64,000 nt of DNA from an uncultured Desulfatitalea sp. (GTDB lineage: Bacteria > Desulfobacterota > Desulfobacteria > Desulfobacterales > Desulfosarcinaceae), in contig CAXXMB010000002.1 of the NCBI GenBank assembly GCA_963668675.2, positions 480,001-544,000 of the forward strand, written 5' to 3'. This document shows positions 38,738 to 48,766 of the stretch, one piece after another; the stretch's first letter is position 1; each line of letters begins with the position of its first letter. A program made the position numbers and the translations under genes. Below the pieces are notes generated by a model. It ran no database searches and was not told the DNA's origin. It saw only the letters and a program-made list of their open reading frames with translations.

Positions 38738-39376
38738 ATGCTGACGAAAACGAAGGATCAACTTCTCCATTTCGGCCGTGAAATGATTGCACGGGGATTG
38801 ACCACTGGTTCGGGCGGTAATTTAAGCGTGTATCTGCGCAAAGAAGATCGTATCCTCATCACCCCCAGCGCTGTGGCCTATGCTGACATGAAACCCGATG
38901 ACATCGTCGTTTGCGACCCGCAAGGAGAGATGGTCCACGGGACGCGGCGCCCTTCCAGCGAACTCGGCTTCCACCTGGCGCTTTACCACCACCGGGAAGA
39001 GATCGGCGCCGTGGTTCACACCCACTCCGTCTACGCCACCACCCTGGCATGCATGCATCGGGAGATCCCGGCCGTGCACTATCTGGTGGGGTTTGCCGGT
39101 TACAAGGTGCCCCTGGCCCCCTATGCCACCTTCGGCACTCCTGCGCTGGCCCGGGCCATCGTCGACACCATCGGCCAAAGCAACGCCCTCCTCATGGCCA
39201 ACCACGGTCTGGTGGCCGTCGGCCCCGACCTGACCGCTGCCTTCAACGTTGCCGAAGAGATCGAACTCGTCGCCAGAATCTACTACCAGACACTCGTGGC
39301 CGGCGAACCCAAGATATTGTCCGAGCGACAGATGGATGAAGTTCTGGAGAAATTCAAAGGATATGGCCGACCTTAG
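38738..39376 (+). CDS. Class II aldolase (L-fuculose-1-phosphate aldolase-like)
   Basis: GGNLS, TPS, PSSE..FH, HTHS and NHG motifs. Confidence 0.9.
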   Translation: MLTKTKDQLLHFGREMIARGLTTGSGGNLSVYLRKEDRILITPSAVAYADMKPDDIVVCDPQGEMVHGTRRPSSELGFHLALYHHREEIGAVVHTHSVYATTLACMHREIPAVHYLVGFAGYKVPLAPYATFGTPALARAIVDTIGQSNALLMANHGLVAVGPDLTAAFNVAEEIELVARIYYQTLVAGEPKILSERQMDEVLEKFKGYGRP

Positions 39377-39533
39377 CGAGCTGTTATCGAACCGGCAGTT
39401 AAGCAGTCCAACCTTCGCCATCCAGAACGTGATCCAGTTCCAGCAATCGCCTGCATAGCGCCAAAGCACCACCTCGTGCCGCGCTTACACAGGAGTTAAG
39501 TGCCAGGCTCAAAAACGAAAATGGAGATCGAAT

Positions 39534-39851
39534 GTGAATGAATGTCTCTCCCCAGCCAATCAACTCGCCGTCACCCGCACCATTCTGGCCAATGAAAGAA
39601 CGCTGCTCTCCTACTTTCGTATCTCGCTGGGCTCCCTTCTCGGTGGCGTCGGTTTGATGAAGTTCTTTGAACATCCGGCCTATATAATTACCGGAGCTGT
39701 TCTTCTCATTTCATCCGCAGCATGGATCATCATTGGCATCCATAAATATCGGCTCAACAAGAAATTAATCAGCGACATCGATCCGGAGGATTGGTTGGAG
39801 GTCGAGGGAATCATCAAAAAGGAACAGACAAATGGGAAAAAACCTTTGTAG
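39534..39851 (+). CDS. DUF202/YidH-like small membrane protein
   Basis: RTILANERTLLSYFR followed by two TM helices. Confidence 0.85.
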   Translation: MNECLSPANQLAVTRTILANERTLLSYFRISLGSLLGGVGLMKFFEHPAYIITGAVLLISSAAWIIIGIHKYRLNKKLISDIDPEDWLEVEGIIKKEQTNGKKPL

Positions 39852-40093
39852 CTCTTAGGAGCGCCCTTCACAAGCCCACCAACCAAATTTTCCTGCTGAA
39901 CCACTCATCTAAAGATGCTATTCGAAGAAGAATCTACAACGCCCGGAGCGGGTCGGCCATTGGCCCTTTGCAGAAGAGTCGATCCGAGAGACAATTTTAC
40001 AATGTGCCGGATCTTTTTACAGGGAGCTGCCACGGGGGGGTACCTGCTCTCGCTAACCGATTGTGATTAATATTATTTATGGTCTCCAGGACC

Positions 40094-40109
40094 TGGCATA
40101 AGGATTGCT
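40094..40109 (+). promoter_or_regulatory. Sigma-54 (-24/-12) promoter
   Basis: TGGCATAAGGATTGCT with exact GG-N10-GC spacing; AT-rich tract just upstream. Confidence 0.8.
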
Positions 40110-40249
40110 TTGACAATGAATTGAAAAGACGCTTTGAGCAGAGAGGCGTTCAACCCAATTCACGGACAGGCACCGACACCGCGGAAAAATGACCGGATCG
40201 CCAACCCGGTCCACCGACGGGCGAATCTCGTTGCCTGCGGGGCGAGAAA

Positions 40250-41917
40250 ATGACGACCGAGTGGCCAGAGTGGCATGCGATTCGTGCCGAGTTGGAACAA
40301 TACAACCCGGAGTGCGGAGTGAACCTGGCCCATGCCGCCGTTACCCGCCACGCCTGCGGCCCCTTGGGCCATCGACCGGCGCTGCGCTGGCTCTCCGGCG
40401 TGAGTGGCCGTCGGGAGTGGAGTTATATTGAACTGGAGCGCCTCACCAATCGGGTCGCCAATGGGTTCAAACGGCTCGGTCTGCTTCCCGGCCAGGTGGT
40501 GGCGACCCTTTGCGGTCGTGAGCCGGAGCTTTACCTTTCCGCTCTGGGCGCCATGAAAGCCGGGGCCGTGTTCTGCGCCTTGTACGCCTCCTACGGTCCT
40601 GAACCGATCCTTCACCGCCTGGCCGCCAGCCGTGCGACGATAGTGGTGACCACCCGCCGCCTGTATGACAAGATCCGGGATGCCGGCCAACGACTGCCCG
40701 AACTGGCCCATGTCCTGCTCATTGACGCCTCGGATGTTCACGAGCCGCGGGTGGGCGGTATGCAGGAGATGATAAATGCCTCCGATGACGATTTTACAAC
40801 ACTTCCCACCGACCCCGAGTCCCCGGCTCTGATTCACTTCACCAGCGGCACCACGGGCATGCCCAAGGGGGTGGTTCATGTTCACGCGGCCGCGCTGCAC
40901 CATATCCTGACCGGCCGGAGCGTGCTCGATCTGAAGCCGTCGGACGTCTACTGGTGTACGGCGGACCCGGGATGGGTCACCGGCGTGGTCTATGGTTTTC
41001 TGGCGCCGTTGATGGCCGGAGTGACGACCCTTATCGACGAAGATGAATTCGATGCCCGGCGCTGGCTCCATATCCTTTCAAGTGAGCGGGTGAACGTATG
41101 GTACACCTCTCCGTCGGCACTGCGCCGCCTGATGGCACTGCCGTTTAGACCTTGCGAACAATACGACCTGAAGGCCCTTCGGCTGGTCTTCAGTGTCGGC
41201 GAACCACTGCATGCCCGGGCGGTGCAGTGGGGGCAGGACGCCCTGGGCGTTCCGGTTCGGGATACCTGGTGGCAGACCGAAACCGGAGGGATCATGATCG
41301 CCAACCATCCAGACGATCCGGTTCAGCCGGGTGCCATGGGCCGGCCGGTGAAAGGGATAAGCGCCGACGTGGTGCGGACAGCAGCCGGAGTCACAAGCTG
41401 CCCTAACGGTGAAGTCGGGGAACTGGCCCTTGCGGCCGGATGGCCGAGCATGTTCCGTCGCCTGCTCGGTGATGCAGACGCCTATGGGCGGCGGTTTGCC
41501 GGCAAGTGGTATCTGAGCGGCGACCTCGTGCGGCGAGACGGCGACGGGATCTTCTGGTTTGTGGGTCGAGCCGACGACATGATCAAGACTGCCGGACATC
41601 TGGTCAGCCCTTTTGAAGTCGAGAGCGTGCTGCTGGCTTACCCCGGTGTCGTTGAGGCCGGCGTGGTCGGCATCCCCGACGATCATCTTGGGCAACGGGT
41701 GCGGGCCTGTCTCGCGCTCGGTCCCGGTATCACGGCTGGCAACCATTTGCGCAACCAGATCATGGCCTTTGCCCGGCAGCGACTGGGGCCTGCCCTGGCA
41801 CCGCGTGAAATCCGGTTTACCAATGCCATCCCCAAAAACCGGGCCGGCAAAATCGTCCGACGGAAACTGGCCGAAACACCCGATGCACTGGCGGGACAAG
41901 GCATAGAACCAAAATAG
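40250..41917 (+). CDS. AMP-forming acetyl-CoA synthetase-like ligase
   Basis: FTSGTTGMPKG, ADPGWVTG, DTWWQTETG, GRADD and PKNRAGK motifs. Confidence 0.9.
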   Translation: MTTEWPEWHAIRAELEQYNPECGVNLAHAAVTRHACGPLGHRPALRWLSGVSGRREWSYIELERLTNRVANGFKRLGLLPGQVVATLCGREPELYLSALGAMKAGAVFCALYASYGPEPILHRLAASRATIVVTTRRLYDKIRDAGQRLPELAHVLLIDASDVHEPRVGGMQEMINASDDDFTTLPTDPESPALIHFTSGTTGMPKGVVHVHAAALHHILTGRSVLDLKPSDVYWCTADPGWVTGVVYGFLAPLMAGVTTLIDEDEFDARRWLHILSSERVNVWYTSPSALRRLMALPFRPCEQYDLKALRLVFSVGEPLHARAVQWGQDALGVPVRDTWWQTETGGIMIANHPDDPVQPGAMGRPVKGISADVVRTAAGVTSCPNGEVGELALAAGWPSMFRRLLGDADAYGRRFAGKWYLSGDLVRRDGDGIFWFVGRADDMIKTAGHLVSPFEVESVLLAYPGVVEAGVVGIPDDHLGQRVRACLALGPGITAGNHLRNQIMAFARQRLGPALAPREIRFTNAIPKNRAGKIVRRKLAETPDALAGQGIEPK

Positions 41918-41975
41918 AAACGGCCCGGGCGTATATGACTCCGGGCATCGGCAACCAAAACGTGAGGAGTTGTCC

Positions 41976-44669
41976 ATGAGCGTGCGCAATCTCGATTTGC
42001 TTTTCAACCCATCCTCTGTAGCCCTCATCGGGGCCAGCACCAAACCGCAGACCGTCGGCGCCGTTGCTACGCGCAATATCTTCACCGCCGGTTTCCAGGG
42101 AGATATCTACCTCGTCAACCCCCGACGCTCGCAGATCGACGGCCATCCGTGCTTTGCGGACGTCGCCAGCCTTCCGAAAGCGCCGGATCTGGCGGTGATT
42201 GCCACGCCACCGGAATCGGTTCCGCAAGTCATCGCCGAATTGGGCGCTTTGGGGACCCGGGCGGCAGTGGTGATCACTGCCGGTTTCGGCGAGGGGGACA
42301 CCGCCCAGGGTCGAGCGCTTTGCAATGCAATGCTGGAAGCGGCGCACCCTCATCTGCTGCGCATCGTCGGCCCGAACTGCTTCGGCTTGATGCTGCCACG
42401 GATCGATCTCAACGCCAGTTTCATCCACATCCACCCCCTGCCAGGACGGCTGGCGTTCGTGGCCCAATCCGGCGCCCTGCTCTCCACAGTGGTGGATTGG
42501 GCCACCCACCGCCGCATCGGCTTTTCGCACCTGGTCTCCCTGGGCGACATGGCTGACGTCGACTTCGGGGACATGCTCGATTACCTTGGTGCAGACGTCC
42601 ATACGCGGGCGATCCTGCTCTATGTCGAATCGATCACCCATGCACGCAAGTTCATGTCGGCGGCCCGTGCGGCGGCCCGCGTCAAACCGGTGATCGTGGT
42701 CAAGGCCGGCCGGTATGGAGAGAGTGCTGCGGCGGCCTCCTCCCACACCGGCGCCATGGCCGGCAGCGACGCCGTCTACGAAGCCGCTTTCAAACGGGCG
42801 GGCATCCTGCGCGTCAACGATTTGGAAGCGCTGTTCGATGCCGTTACCACCCTGGGACAGATGCAGCCGGTCGCCGGTGACCGGCTGGCCGTGCTGACCA
42901 ATGGCGGCGGCCTCGGCGTCATGGCCACCGACACCCTGATATACAAGAAGGGAAACCTGGCCCGGTTGGCGGATGATACCATCGTGCGCCTGAACGAGGT
43001 ATTGCCATCCACCTGGTCCCACGGAAATCCTGTGGATATTATTGGCGATGCCACGGCCCAACGATATGTTGCCGCTCTGGAAGCAATCATGGAGGACCCC
43101 GGCGTGGACGCCGTTCTGGTGATGAACTGCCCGACGGCCCTCAGTGCCGGCACCGAGGCCGTTCAGGCGATTCTCGATGCGATCAAACAGCGATCGGCCC
43201 ATGCCCGCCGCTGCGGTCTGCTCGCCTGTTGGCTCGGGGAGGGACAGGGCGAGGCAGCCCGGCAGATGTTCAACGAGCAGGGCATTCCCAGCTATGAAAC
43301 CCCCACCAAAGCCGTGCGGGGATTCATGCAGATGGTGCGCTACCGCCACAGCCAGACCATGCTCATGGAGGTGCCGCCTGATATCCCCGAAGCATTTTCG
43401 CCGGACCGCCCGGCGGTGAGACAGATCATCGATGCTGTTCTGGCCCAGGACCGCAGCTGGCTGTTGGAGACCGAGGCCAAGGCGGTGCTGGCCGCCTATG
43501 GCATCGATGTCGTGCCCACGGTGGCCGCCGCATCCCCCGAGGCAGCCGCCAGCGCCGCCTCCAAAATGGCTGGACCGTATGTACTGAAGGTGCTCTCCAA
43601 GGAGATCGTGCACAAATCAGATGCCGGAGGGGTGGCCCTCAATCTGGAGACCCCCGGCGCTGTGCGCGAACGGGCAGCCTGGATGCTCGAACACTTCGGA
43701 CACACCGACGCGCATTCGGGTACCATTCAATTCAGCGTCCAACCGATGATTGCACGAGAGCACTCATTCGAGCTGATCGTGGGAATGCATGTCGATTCCC
43801 AATTCGGGCCGGTTCTTCTTTTCGGCCATGGCGGTACGGCCACGGAGATCATTCTCGATCGCGCCCTGGCCCTTCCGCCGCTGAACATGAACCTGGCGAG
43901 AGAGATGATCTCCGGCACACGCATTTCGCGCTTGCTGGACGGCTACCGAGGGGTGCCGGGGGCCGACAAAGAAGAGATTGCCGCCACCTTGCTCAAAGTA
44001 TCCCAACTGGTGTGCGATTTTGCCGAGATCGTTGAGCTGGACATCAATCCGCTGCTGGGAGATCCGCTGGGAGCCGTCGCCCTGGATGCGCGCCTGCGGG
44101 TCGAGCCGGCCACCGAACAGGCCGGAAAGCGCCTGGCGATCTGTCCCTATCCGAAGGAACTGGAGCAGACGATTCGGCTGCCCGATGGGGAAACCTTGCT
44201 GTTGCGCCCCCTTCGTCCCGAAGATGAACCAGCGTTTCAACGGCTTTTCGCCACGCTCTCTCCCGAAGCGATTCGCCTGCGCTTTCTGCATCCCATGAAA
44301 ATGCTGACCAAAACCATGGCCGCCCGTCTGACCCAGATCGACTACGACCGCGAGATGGCACTGGTGCTGACCGAGGGCGATGGCCGGAGAAACGGCGACC
44401 TGTTTGGCGGCGTCCGGATCTGCGCCGATCCGAACAACGAAAGCGCCGAGTTTGCGATTCTGCTGGGCAGTGACAAAACCGGACTCGGTTTGGGCCCCAT
44501 GTTGATGCGGCGTATTATCGACTATGCCCGCAGCCGCGGCATCGGGCGGCTCTTCGGAGAGGTGCTCTATGAGAATCGCTCCATGCTGGCCCTTTGCAAA
44601 GCCTTTGGATTCAATCGGCGCAGCGTGCCGGATGATCCCGGGGTGGTGGAAGTTTCGCTGCAACTTTGA
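41976..44669 (+). CDS. Pat/PatZ-type protein: NDP-forming acyl-CoA ligase-like domains + C-terminal GNAT
   Basis: GPNCFG, AQSGA, SHTGA, HKSD.GGV, LDINPL, then GNAT LRPLRPED...GLG... Confidence 0.9.
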   Translation: MSVRNLDLLFNPSSVALIGASTKPQTVGAVATRNIFTAGFQGDIYLVNPRRSQIDGHPCFADVASLPKAPDLAVIATPPESVPQVIAELGALGTRAAVVITAGFGEGDTAQGRALCNAMLEAAHPHLLRIVGPNCFGLMLPRIDLNASFIHIHPLPGRLAFVAQSGALLSTVVDWATHRRIGFSHLVSLGDMADVDFGDMLDYLGADVHTRAILLYVESITHARKFMSAARAAARVKPVIVVKAGRYGESAAAASSHTGAMAGSDAVYEAAFKRAGILRVNDLEALFDAVTTLGQMQPVAGDRLAVLTNGGGLGVMATDTLIYKKGNLARLADDTIVRLNEVLPSTWSHGNPVDIIGDATAQRYVAALEAIMEDPGVDAVLVMNCPTALSAGTEAVQAILDAIKQRSAHARRCGLLACWLGEGQGEAARQMFNEQGIPSYETPTKAVRGFMQMVRYRHSQTMLMEVPPDIPEAFSPDRPAVRQIIDAVLAQDRSWLLETEAKAVLAAYGIDVVPTVAAASPEAAASAASKMAGPYVLKVLSKEIVHKSDAGGVALNLETPGAVRERAAWMLEHFGHTDAHSGTIQFSVQPMIAREHSFELIVGMHVDSQFGPVLLFGHGGTATEIILDRALALPPLNMNLAREMISGTRISRLLDGYRGVPGADKEEIAATLLKVSQLVCDFAEIVELDINPLLGDPLGAVALDARLRVEPATEQAGKRLAICPYPKELEQTIRLPDGETLLLRPLRPEDEPAFQRLFATLSPEAIRLRFLHPMKMLTKTMAARLTQIDYDREMALVLTEGDGRRNGDLFGGVRICADPNNESAEFAILLGSDKTGLGLGPMLMRRIIDYARSRGIGRLFGEVLYENRSMLALCKAFGFNRRSVPDDPGVVEVSLQL

Positions 44670-44695
44670 TGTCCCGTTTTTGGAAAGGAACGACC

Positions 44696-44941
44696 ATGCG
44701 AAAAGAAGAGATTGACCGGATCGTATTGGACCTGCTTGGCCAGGTCGCCCCTGAAGCGCCTCTGGAGCAGCTGAATGCCCAATCACCGTTTCGGGATCAA
44801 TTTCAATTCGACTCTGTGGATTTTCTGAAGTTCATTCTCGGGCTGGAGGAGAAGATCGGTGTAAAAATCCCGGAGCTCGACTATCCAGCGCTTGCCAGTC
44901 TGGATGGCTGCCGCGCTTATCTCGTGCCTGTCCAGGAATGA
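44696..44941 (+). CDS. Acyl carrier protein
   Basis: 81 aa, FDSVDF phosphopantetheine Ser motif, IPE.DY. Confidence 0.85.
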   Translation: MRKEEIDRIVLDLLGQVAPEAPLEQLNAQSPFRDQFQFDSVDFLKFILGLEEKIGVKIPELDYPALASLDGCRAYLVPVQE

Positions 44942-45006
44942 GTCGTTCGGCCCATATTGGTGTTGTGGGAAAAAAGCGCCCCTTCCCCCCCCCGGTGACC
45001 TGTTTT

Positions 45007-46431
45007 TCAGCGCTGCAGGCGCCCCCGTAACATAGAAAAAAGGATCCCAACCGAGCACAGAACAACAGAGAGCGTAAAAACCACCCGTGCGCTGCTCAGA
45101 AAGCGGTCATAACTGTCCGGTCCAATCGCGCGATGGCCGATCAGCATCGACAACACGACGGTGGCAATGGCCATGCTGACCATTTGCCCCAGCAGCCGCA
45201 TGGTGGCTACAGCACCGGAAGCAATGCCATAGTCTTTCCGGGCCACGGCTCCCATAATGGCGCTCATGTTGGGCGAAGAGAAGAGCGCAAAGCCGAAACC
45301 CAACAGCACCAGGTTGGCGACGATACCGTTGATGGTGGTCTCACTGTGCAGTTGTGTGAAGAGGGCCATTCCCAGGGCCGTGGTGGTCATGCCGGCCGTC
45401 GCCAACAGGCGAGGTTCCACTCGGTCGGAGAGACGGCCGACCAGCGGAGAGAAGATCGCCATGATCACCGGCTGGGCCATAAGGATCATACCGGCGGCCT
45501 GGGGCGTCATGCCCTTGATGTACTGCAGGTAGAGGCTCATCATGAAGGTGACGGCAAAGGTGGCCGAGTAGTTGAGCAGAGCGGCCAGACTCGAGAAGGT
45601 AAAGGTTCGGTTTTCCATAAAAAGCGACACTTCGAAAACCGGATACGGGGAGCGGCGCTGGAGCAGAAAGAAGAGCACCAATCCCAATACTCCGGCCGGA
45701 ATCAGCACGCATCCGGCCATGGAAGGCAGCACGGTGGCGCCGTATACCAGGGAGAGCATAGCTGCGGCGTAGATCAGGCATCCGACCAGGTCGAACCGCC
45801 TGCTACGGGCGTCGGCCCACTCGCCCTTGAGAAAAGCACGGGTGACAAGGACGGAGCCAACGCCAAATGGAAACATTACCGCAAAGATAGTGCGCCAACT
45901 GAACTGCTGGGTCAAAAAACCGCCGATAAACGGCCCCACCGAGAGCCCGACGTATACGGCCGCCACATAGATGCCGATGGCCCGACCGCGTTTATGCGGC
46001 GGGAAAATCGATGTGAGGATGGCCATGCCTGTGGTCACGAACATGGCCGCGCCCAGGCCTTGAATCACTCGCAAAAAAAGAAACCAGGCGGTGGTGTCGA
46101 CAAAGGCGGCCGAAGTCGAACCAAGGGTGTAGACGATGAGGCCAATGCTGAACACCTTTTTGCGGCCATGGATATCGGCGAGCTTGCCTGCCGGGATCAA
46201 GGCGACGGACATGGCCAACAGGTAGGACGTGGCCACCCAGCCCAATTGCACAGCGTTCATCTGCAGGTCGTTTTGAATGGCCGGCAGGGCCACATTGACG
46301 GAGGAGATCATGAAGGGCCCCATAAAGGATGTCAATGTGGCCACGAAGAGGGCGTACCGTTCGACCGCCGCCTGTTTTTGCGGCGGGGGATCATTGGCGC
46401 TGGGTTGCTTGGGATCAGGATTCAATGACAT
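45007..46431 (-). CDS. MFS transporter (DHA2-like)
   Basis: SVNVALP, GKLADIHGRK, RVIQGLG and many TM segments. Confidence 0.92.
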   Translation of the reverse strand: MSLNPDPKQPSANDPPPQKQAAVERYALFVATLTSFMGPFMISSVNVALPAIQNDLQMNAVQLGWVATSYLLAMSVALIPAGKLADIHGRKKVFSIGLIVYTLGSTSAAFVDTTAWFLFLRVIQGLGAAMFVTTGMAILTSIFPPHKRGRAIGIYVAAVYVGLSVGPFIGGFLTQQFSWRTIFAVMFPFGVGSVLVTRAFLKGEWADARSRRFDLVGCLIYAAAMLSLVYGATVLPSMAGCVLIPAGVLGLVLFFLLQRRSPYPVFEVSLFMENRTFTFSSLAALLNYSATFAVTFMMSLYLQYIKGMTPQAAGMILMAQPVIMAIFSPLVGRLSDRVEPRLLATAGMTTTALGMALFTQLHSETTINGIVANLVLLGFGFALFSSPNMSAIMGAVARKDYGIASGAVATMRLLGQMVSMAIATVVLSMLIGHRAIGPDSYDRFLSSARVVFTLSVVLCSVGILFSMLRGRLQR

Positions 46432-46536
46432 CCTGTCTCTCTTTGGATAGTGTGTGGAGCAGAAAAGGCCAACCGTCTGCAGATGCGTTCGGCCTTTTTC
46501 ACAACATCACCGATAGTTATTAAACGAGATATTGCA

Positions 46537-47295
46537 CTAGGCCAGGTTCCCCCCGTCACAGACGATGGTGGTCCCGGTGGTATACGATGAGGCGTCGGAA
46601 ACCAGGTAGAGGACGGCGCCGGCCATCTCGTCCGGGGTGGCGTGGCGCTGCAGGGGAATACTCTGGAGGGCATAGTCGTAGATCTCCTTGTTGGAGATCA
46701 ATGCATCGGCGAATTTGGTCTGGGTGAGACCGGGCAGCAGGGCGTTTACCCGGATCTTGCGCGCGGCGAGCTCTTTGGCGTAGGCCTTGGTCATGGAGAT
46801 CATGGCGGCCTTGGTCATGGAGTAGATGCCCTGCATGGGCGCCGGGCGAACGCCGTTGATCGAGGCGACGTTGACGATGGCGCCGCCGCCGCTTTCGGTC
46901 ATCAAGGCGGCCGCCTTTTGAATCATGAAGTAGGGCCCCTTGACGTTGACATCGAAGGTCTTGTCGAAGGCGCCTTCGTCCGCACCGATCATCTCCCCGA
47001 AATAGGGGTTTGTGGCGGCGTTGTTGACCAGGATGTGCAGCTTGCCGTGCTGGGATTTGATCTCTTCGAAGAGATGGTCGATCTTATCCAGTTGGCCCAT
47101 GTGGCAGGCGATGGATTGGGCCTTGCCGCCCGCTTTTGTAATCTTCTCTTCGACCTGACGAAGCCCGTCGATCTTACGACTGGCCAGTATGCAGTGGGCG
47201 CCGTACGCCGCCAGTGTTTCGGCGATCGCCTCACCAATTCCCCTGCTGGCACCGGTAATGAGGGCAATCTTACCATCCAGTTTGAAGTCAACCAT
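46537..47295 (-). CDS. SDR family oxidoreductase
   Basis: TGASRGIG, NNAA and YSMTK motifs; AGGAGG RBS before ATG 47295. Confidence 0.93.
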   Translation of the reverse strand: MVDFKLDGKIALITGASRGIGEAIAETLAAYGAHCILASRKIDGLRQVEEKITKAGGKAQSIACHMGQLDKIDHLFEEIKSQHGKLHILVNNAATNPYFGEMIGADEGAFDKTFDVNVKGPYFMIQKAAALMTESGGGAIVNVASINGVRPAPMQGIYSMTKAAMISMTKAYAKELAARKIRVNALLPGLTQTKFADALISNKEIYDYALQSIPLQRHATPDEMAGAVLYLVSDASSYTTGTTIVCDGGNLA

Positions 47296-47411
47296 GTCTC
47301 TCCTCCTGATCAATGCGGTTAAAAACAGGCACCCGTTGCTGGTGGGTGCTGATGATGACCCACGAAAAGCGGTGATGTGATCCCTGGATCACTAACCGAC
47401 AGGAGGCTCTT

Positions 47412-47436
47412 TGTCAATATAGAACGAACGTTCGTT
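47412..47436 (-). promoter_or_regulatory. TTGACA -35 element with adjacent 14-bp palindromic operator
   Basis: AACGAACGTTCGTT at 47423-47436, next to TTGACA on the minus strand at 47412-47417, upstream of the SDR gene. Confidence 0.5.
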
Positions 47437-47491
47437 TTTTGGAATGGTTTCTAATCCTGTTCGGACAGGCGGCCGTGCCGACTACCGTCGG

Positions 47492-48511
47492 TTACCTTAC
47501 TTTATCCGGCTGGCCGGAGGCGAACAGCTGGGCAAAACGGCCGTGGCCCTTTTCCTCCAGATGCTTTTTGGGGATAAAGGTCAAGGCCGCCGAGTTGATG
47601 CAGTATCGCAGTCCGGTCGGATGGGGGCCATCGTCAAACAGATGGCCCAGGTGCGAGTCTGCCTGCCTGCTCCTCACCTCTGTTCGCACCATGAACAGTC
47701 GATGATCCGAACGTTCCAAGATGTTCTCCGGCTCCAGGGGACGATAAAAACTCGGCCACCCTGTCCCGGAATCGAACTTGTGGGTCGAGCTGAACAGCGG
47801 CTCCCCCGATACGACGTCTACGTAGATCCCCTCCTCCTTGTGGTCCCAATAGGCGTTGTCGAAGGGGGGTTCGGTCGCCTCCTGCTGGGTCACCTGGTAC
47901 TGCAGGGGGGAAAGCTGCTGTCTCAGCACGTCATCGGAAGGTTTGTCGAAGCTCTGGGAGCCGCCGGACATCTGTTGCGACCATACCCTGTGGATAAAGC
48001 GATCCCGACCGGAGTGTTTCCGATAGAGCTGATAGCGCAGGGGGTTTTTCTTGTGGTACGCACGATGGTAGTCTTCGGCGGGATAGAAGCGTTTGAAGGG
48101 AAGCACTTCGGTCACAACAGGCCTCTGGAACCGTCCCGAGTCCTGAAGGGCCTGTTTCGATCGCAGCGCGGTCTTCCTTTGGGGCTCATCGTGGTAGAAG
48201 ATGGCCGAGCGATACTGGGCGCCACGGTCCACAAACTGCCCGCCGGGGTCGGTGGGGTCCATATGGCGCCAGAAAATATCCAATAGCTGTTCGTAGCTGA
48301 TCCGCTTTTCGTCAAAATGAATCTGGACGGCCTCCATGTGGCCTGTCCTGCCGGAACACACCTCTTCATATGTCGGATTCTCTTCATGGCCGCCCGTATA
48401 TCCAGGAATCACCTCAACAATTCCCTCGTAGGGTTCAAAATCCGATTCCGTACACCAGAAACAGCCTCCGGCAAAAGTTGCGGTGGCAAGGGGTTGATCG
48501 TTTGTATGCAT
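47492..48511 (-). CDS. msrAB: Bifunctional methionine sulfoxide reductase MsrA/MsrB
   Basis: GCFWC, AEDYH, GTGWPSF, HLGH and RYCINS motifs. Confidence 0.96.
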   Translation of the reverse strand: MHTNDQPLATATFAGGCFWCTESDFEPYEGIVEVIPGYTGGHEENPTYEEVCSGRTGHMEAVQIHFDEKRISYEQLLDIFWRHMDPTDPGGQFVDRGAQYRSAIFYHDEPQRKTALRSKQALQDSGRFQRPVVTEVLPFKRFYPAEDYHRAYHKKNPLRYQLYRKHSGRDRFIHRVWSQQMSGGSQSFDKPSDDVLRQQLSPLQYQVTQQEATEPPFDNAYWDHKEEGIYVDVVSGEPLFSSTHKFDSGTGWPSFYRPLEPENILERSDHRLFMVRTEVRSRQADSHLGHLFDDGPHPTGLRYCINSAALTFIPKKHLEEKGHGRFAQLFASGQPDKVR

Positions 48512-48766
48512 GGCATCACCATAGCCCCGTGTTGCAGGGGAATTTTTAATGGAAGTTTAAGGCAAAAAGTGAAGGAGATCCTTGGATTTCACCCTTCACG
48601 TTGCGCACCCGGTTGTGAGTGGGCATTAGCTGTAACCACCATTTGATTAATCATGAATCATCGAAAGTCAAAAGCCGACCACGCACCGCCCGAACCCGAT
48701 GAGACTCCTCAGGGGTGAGGAGCAAGGCGGTGTCAATGGACTATATTGTGGGCGATTCGGTTAACC

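Noticed and set aside
41817..43613. 598-aa minus-strand ORF
   Set aside because: Antisense shadow of the Pat gene.
48684..48733. Nested hairpin with CCGATGAG resembling a hammerhead ribozyme core
   Set aside because: The core is not CUGAUGA and the GAAA element is missing; more likely a terminator-type or stabilising hairpin.
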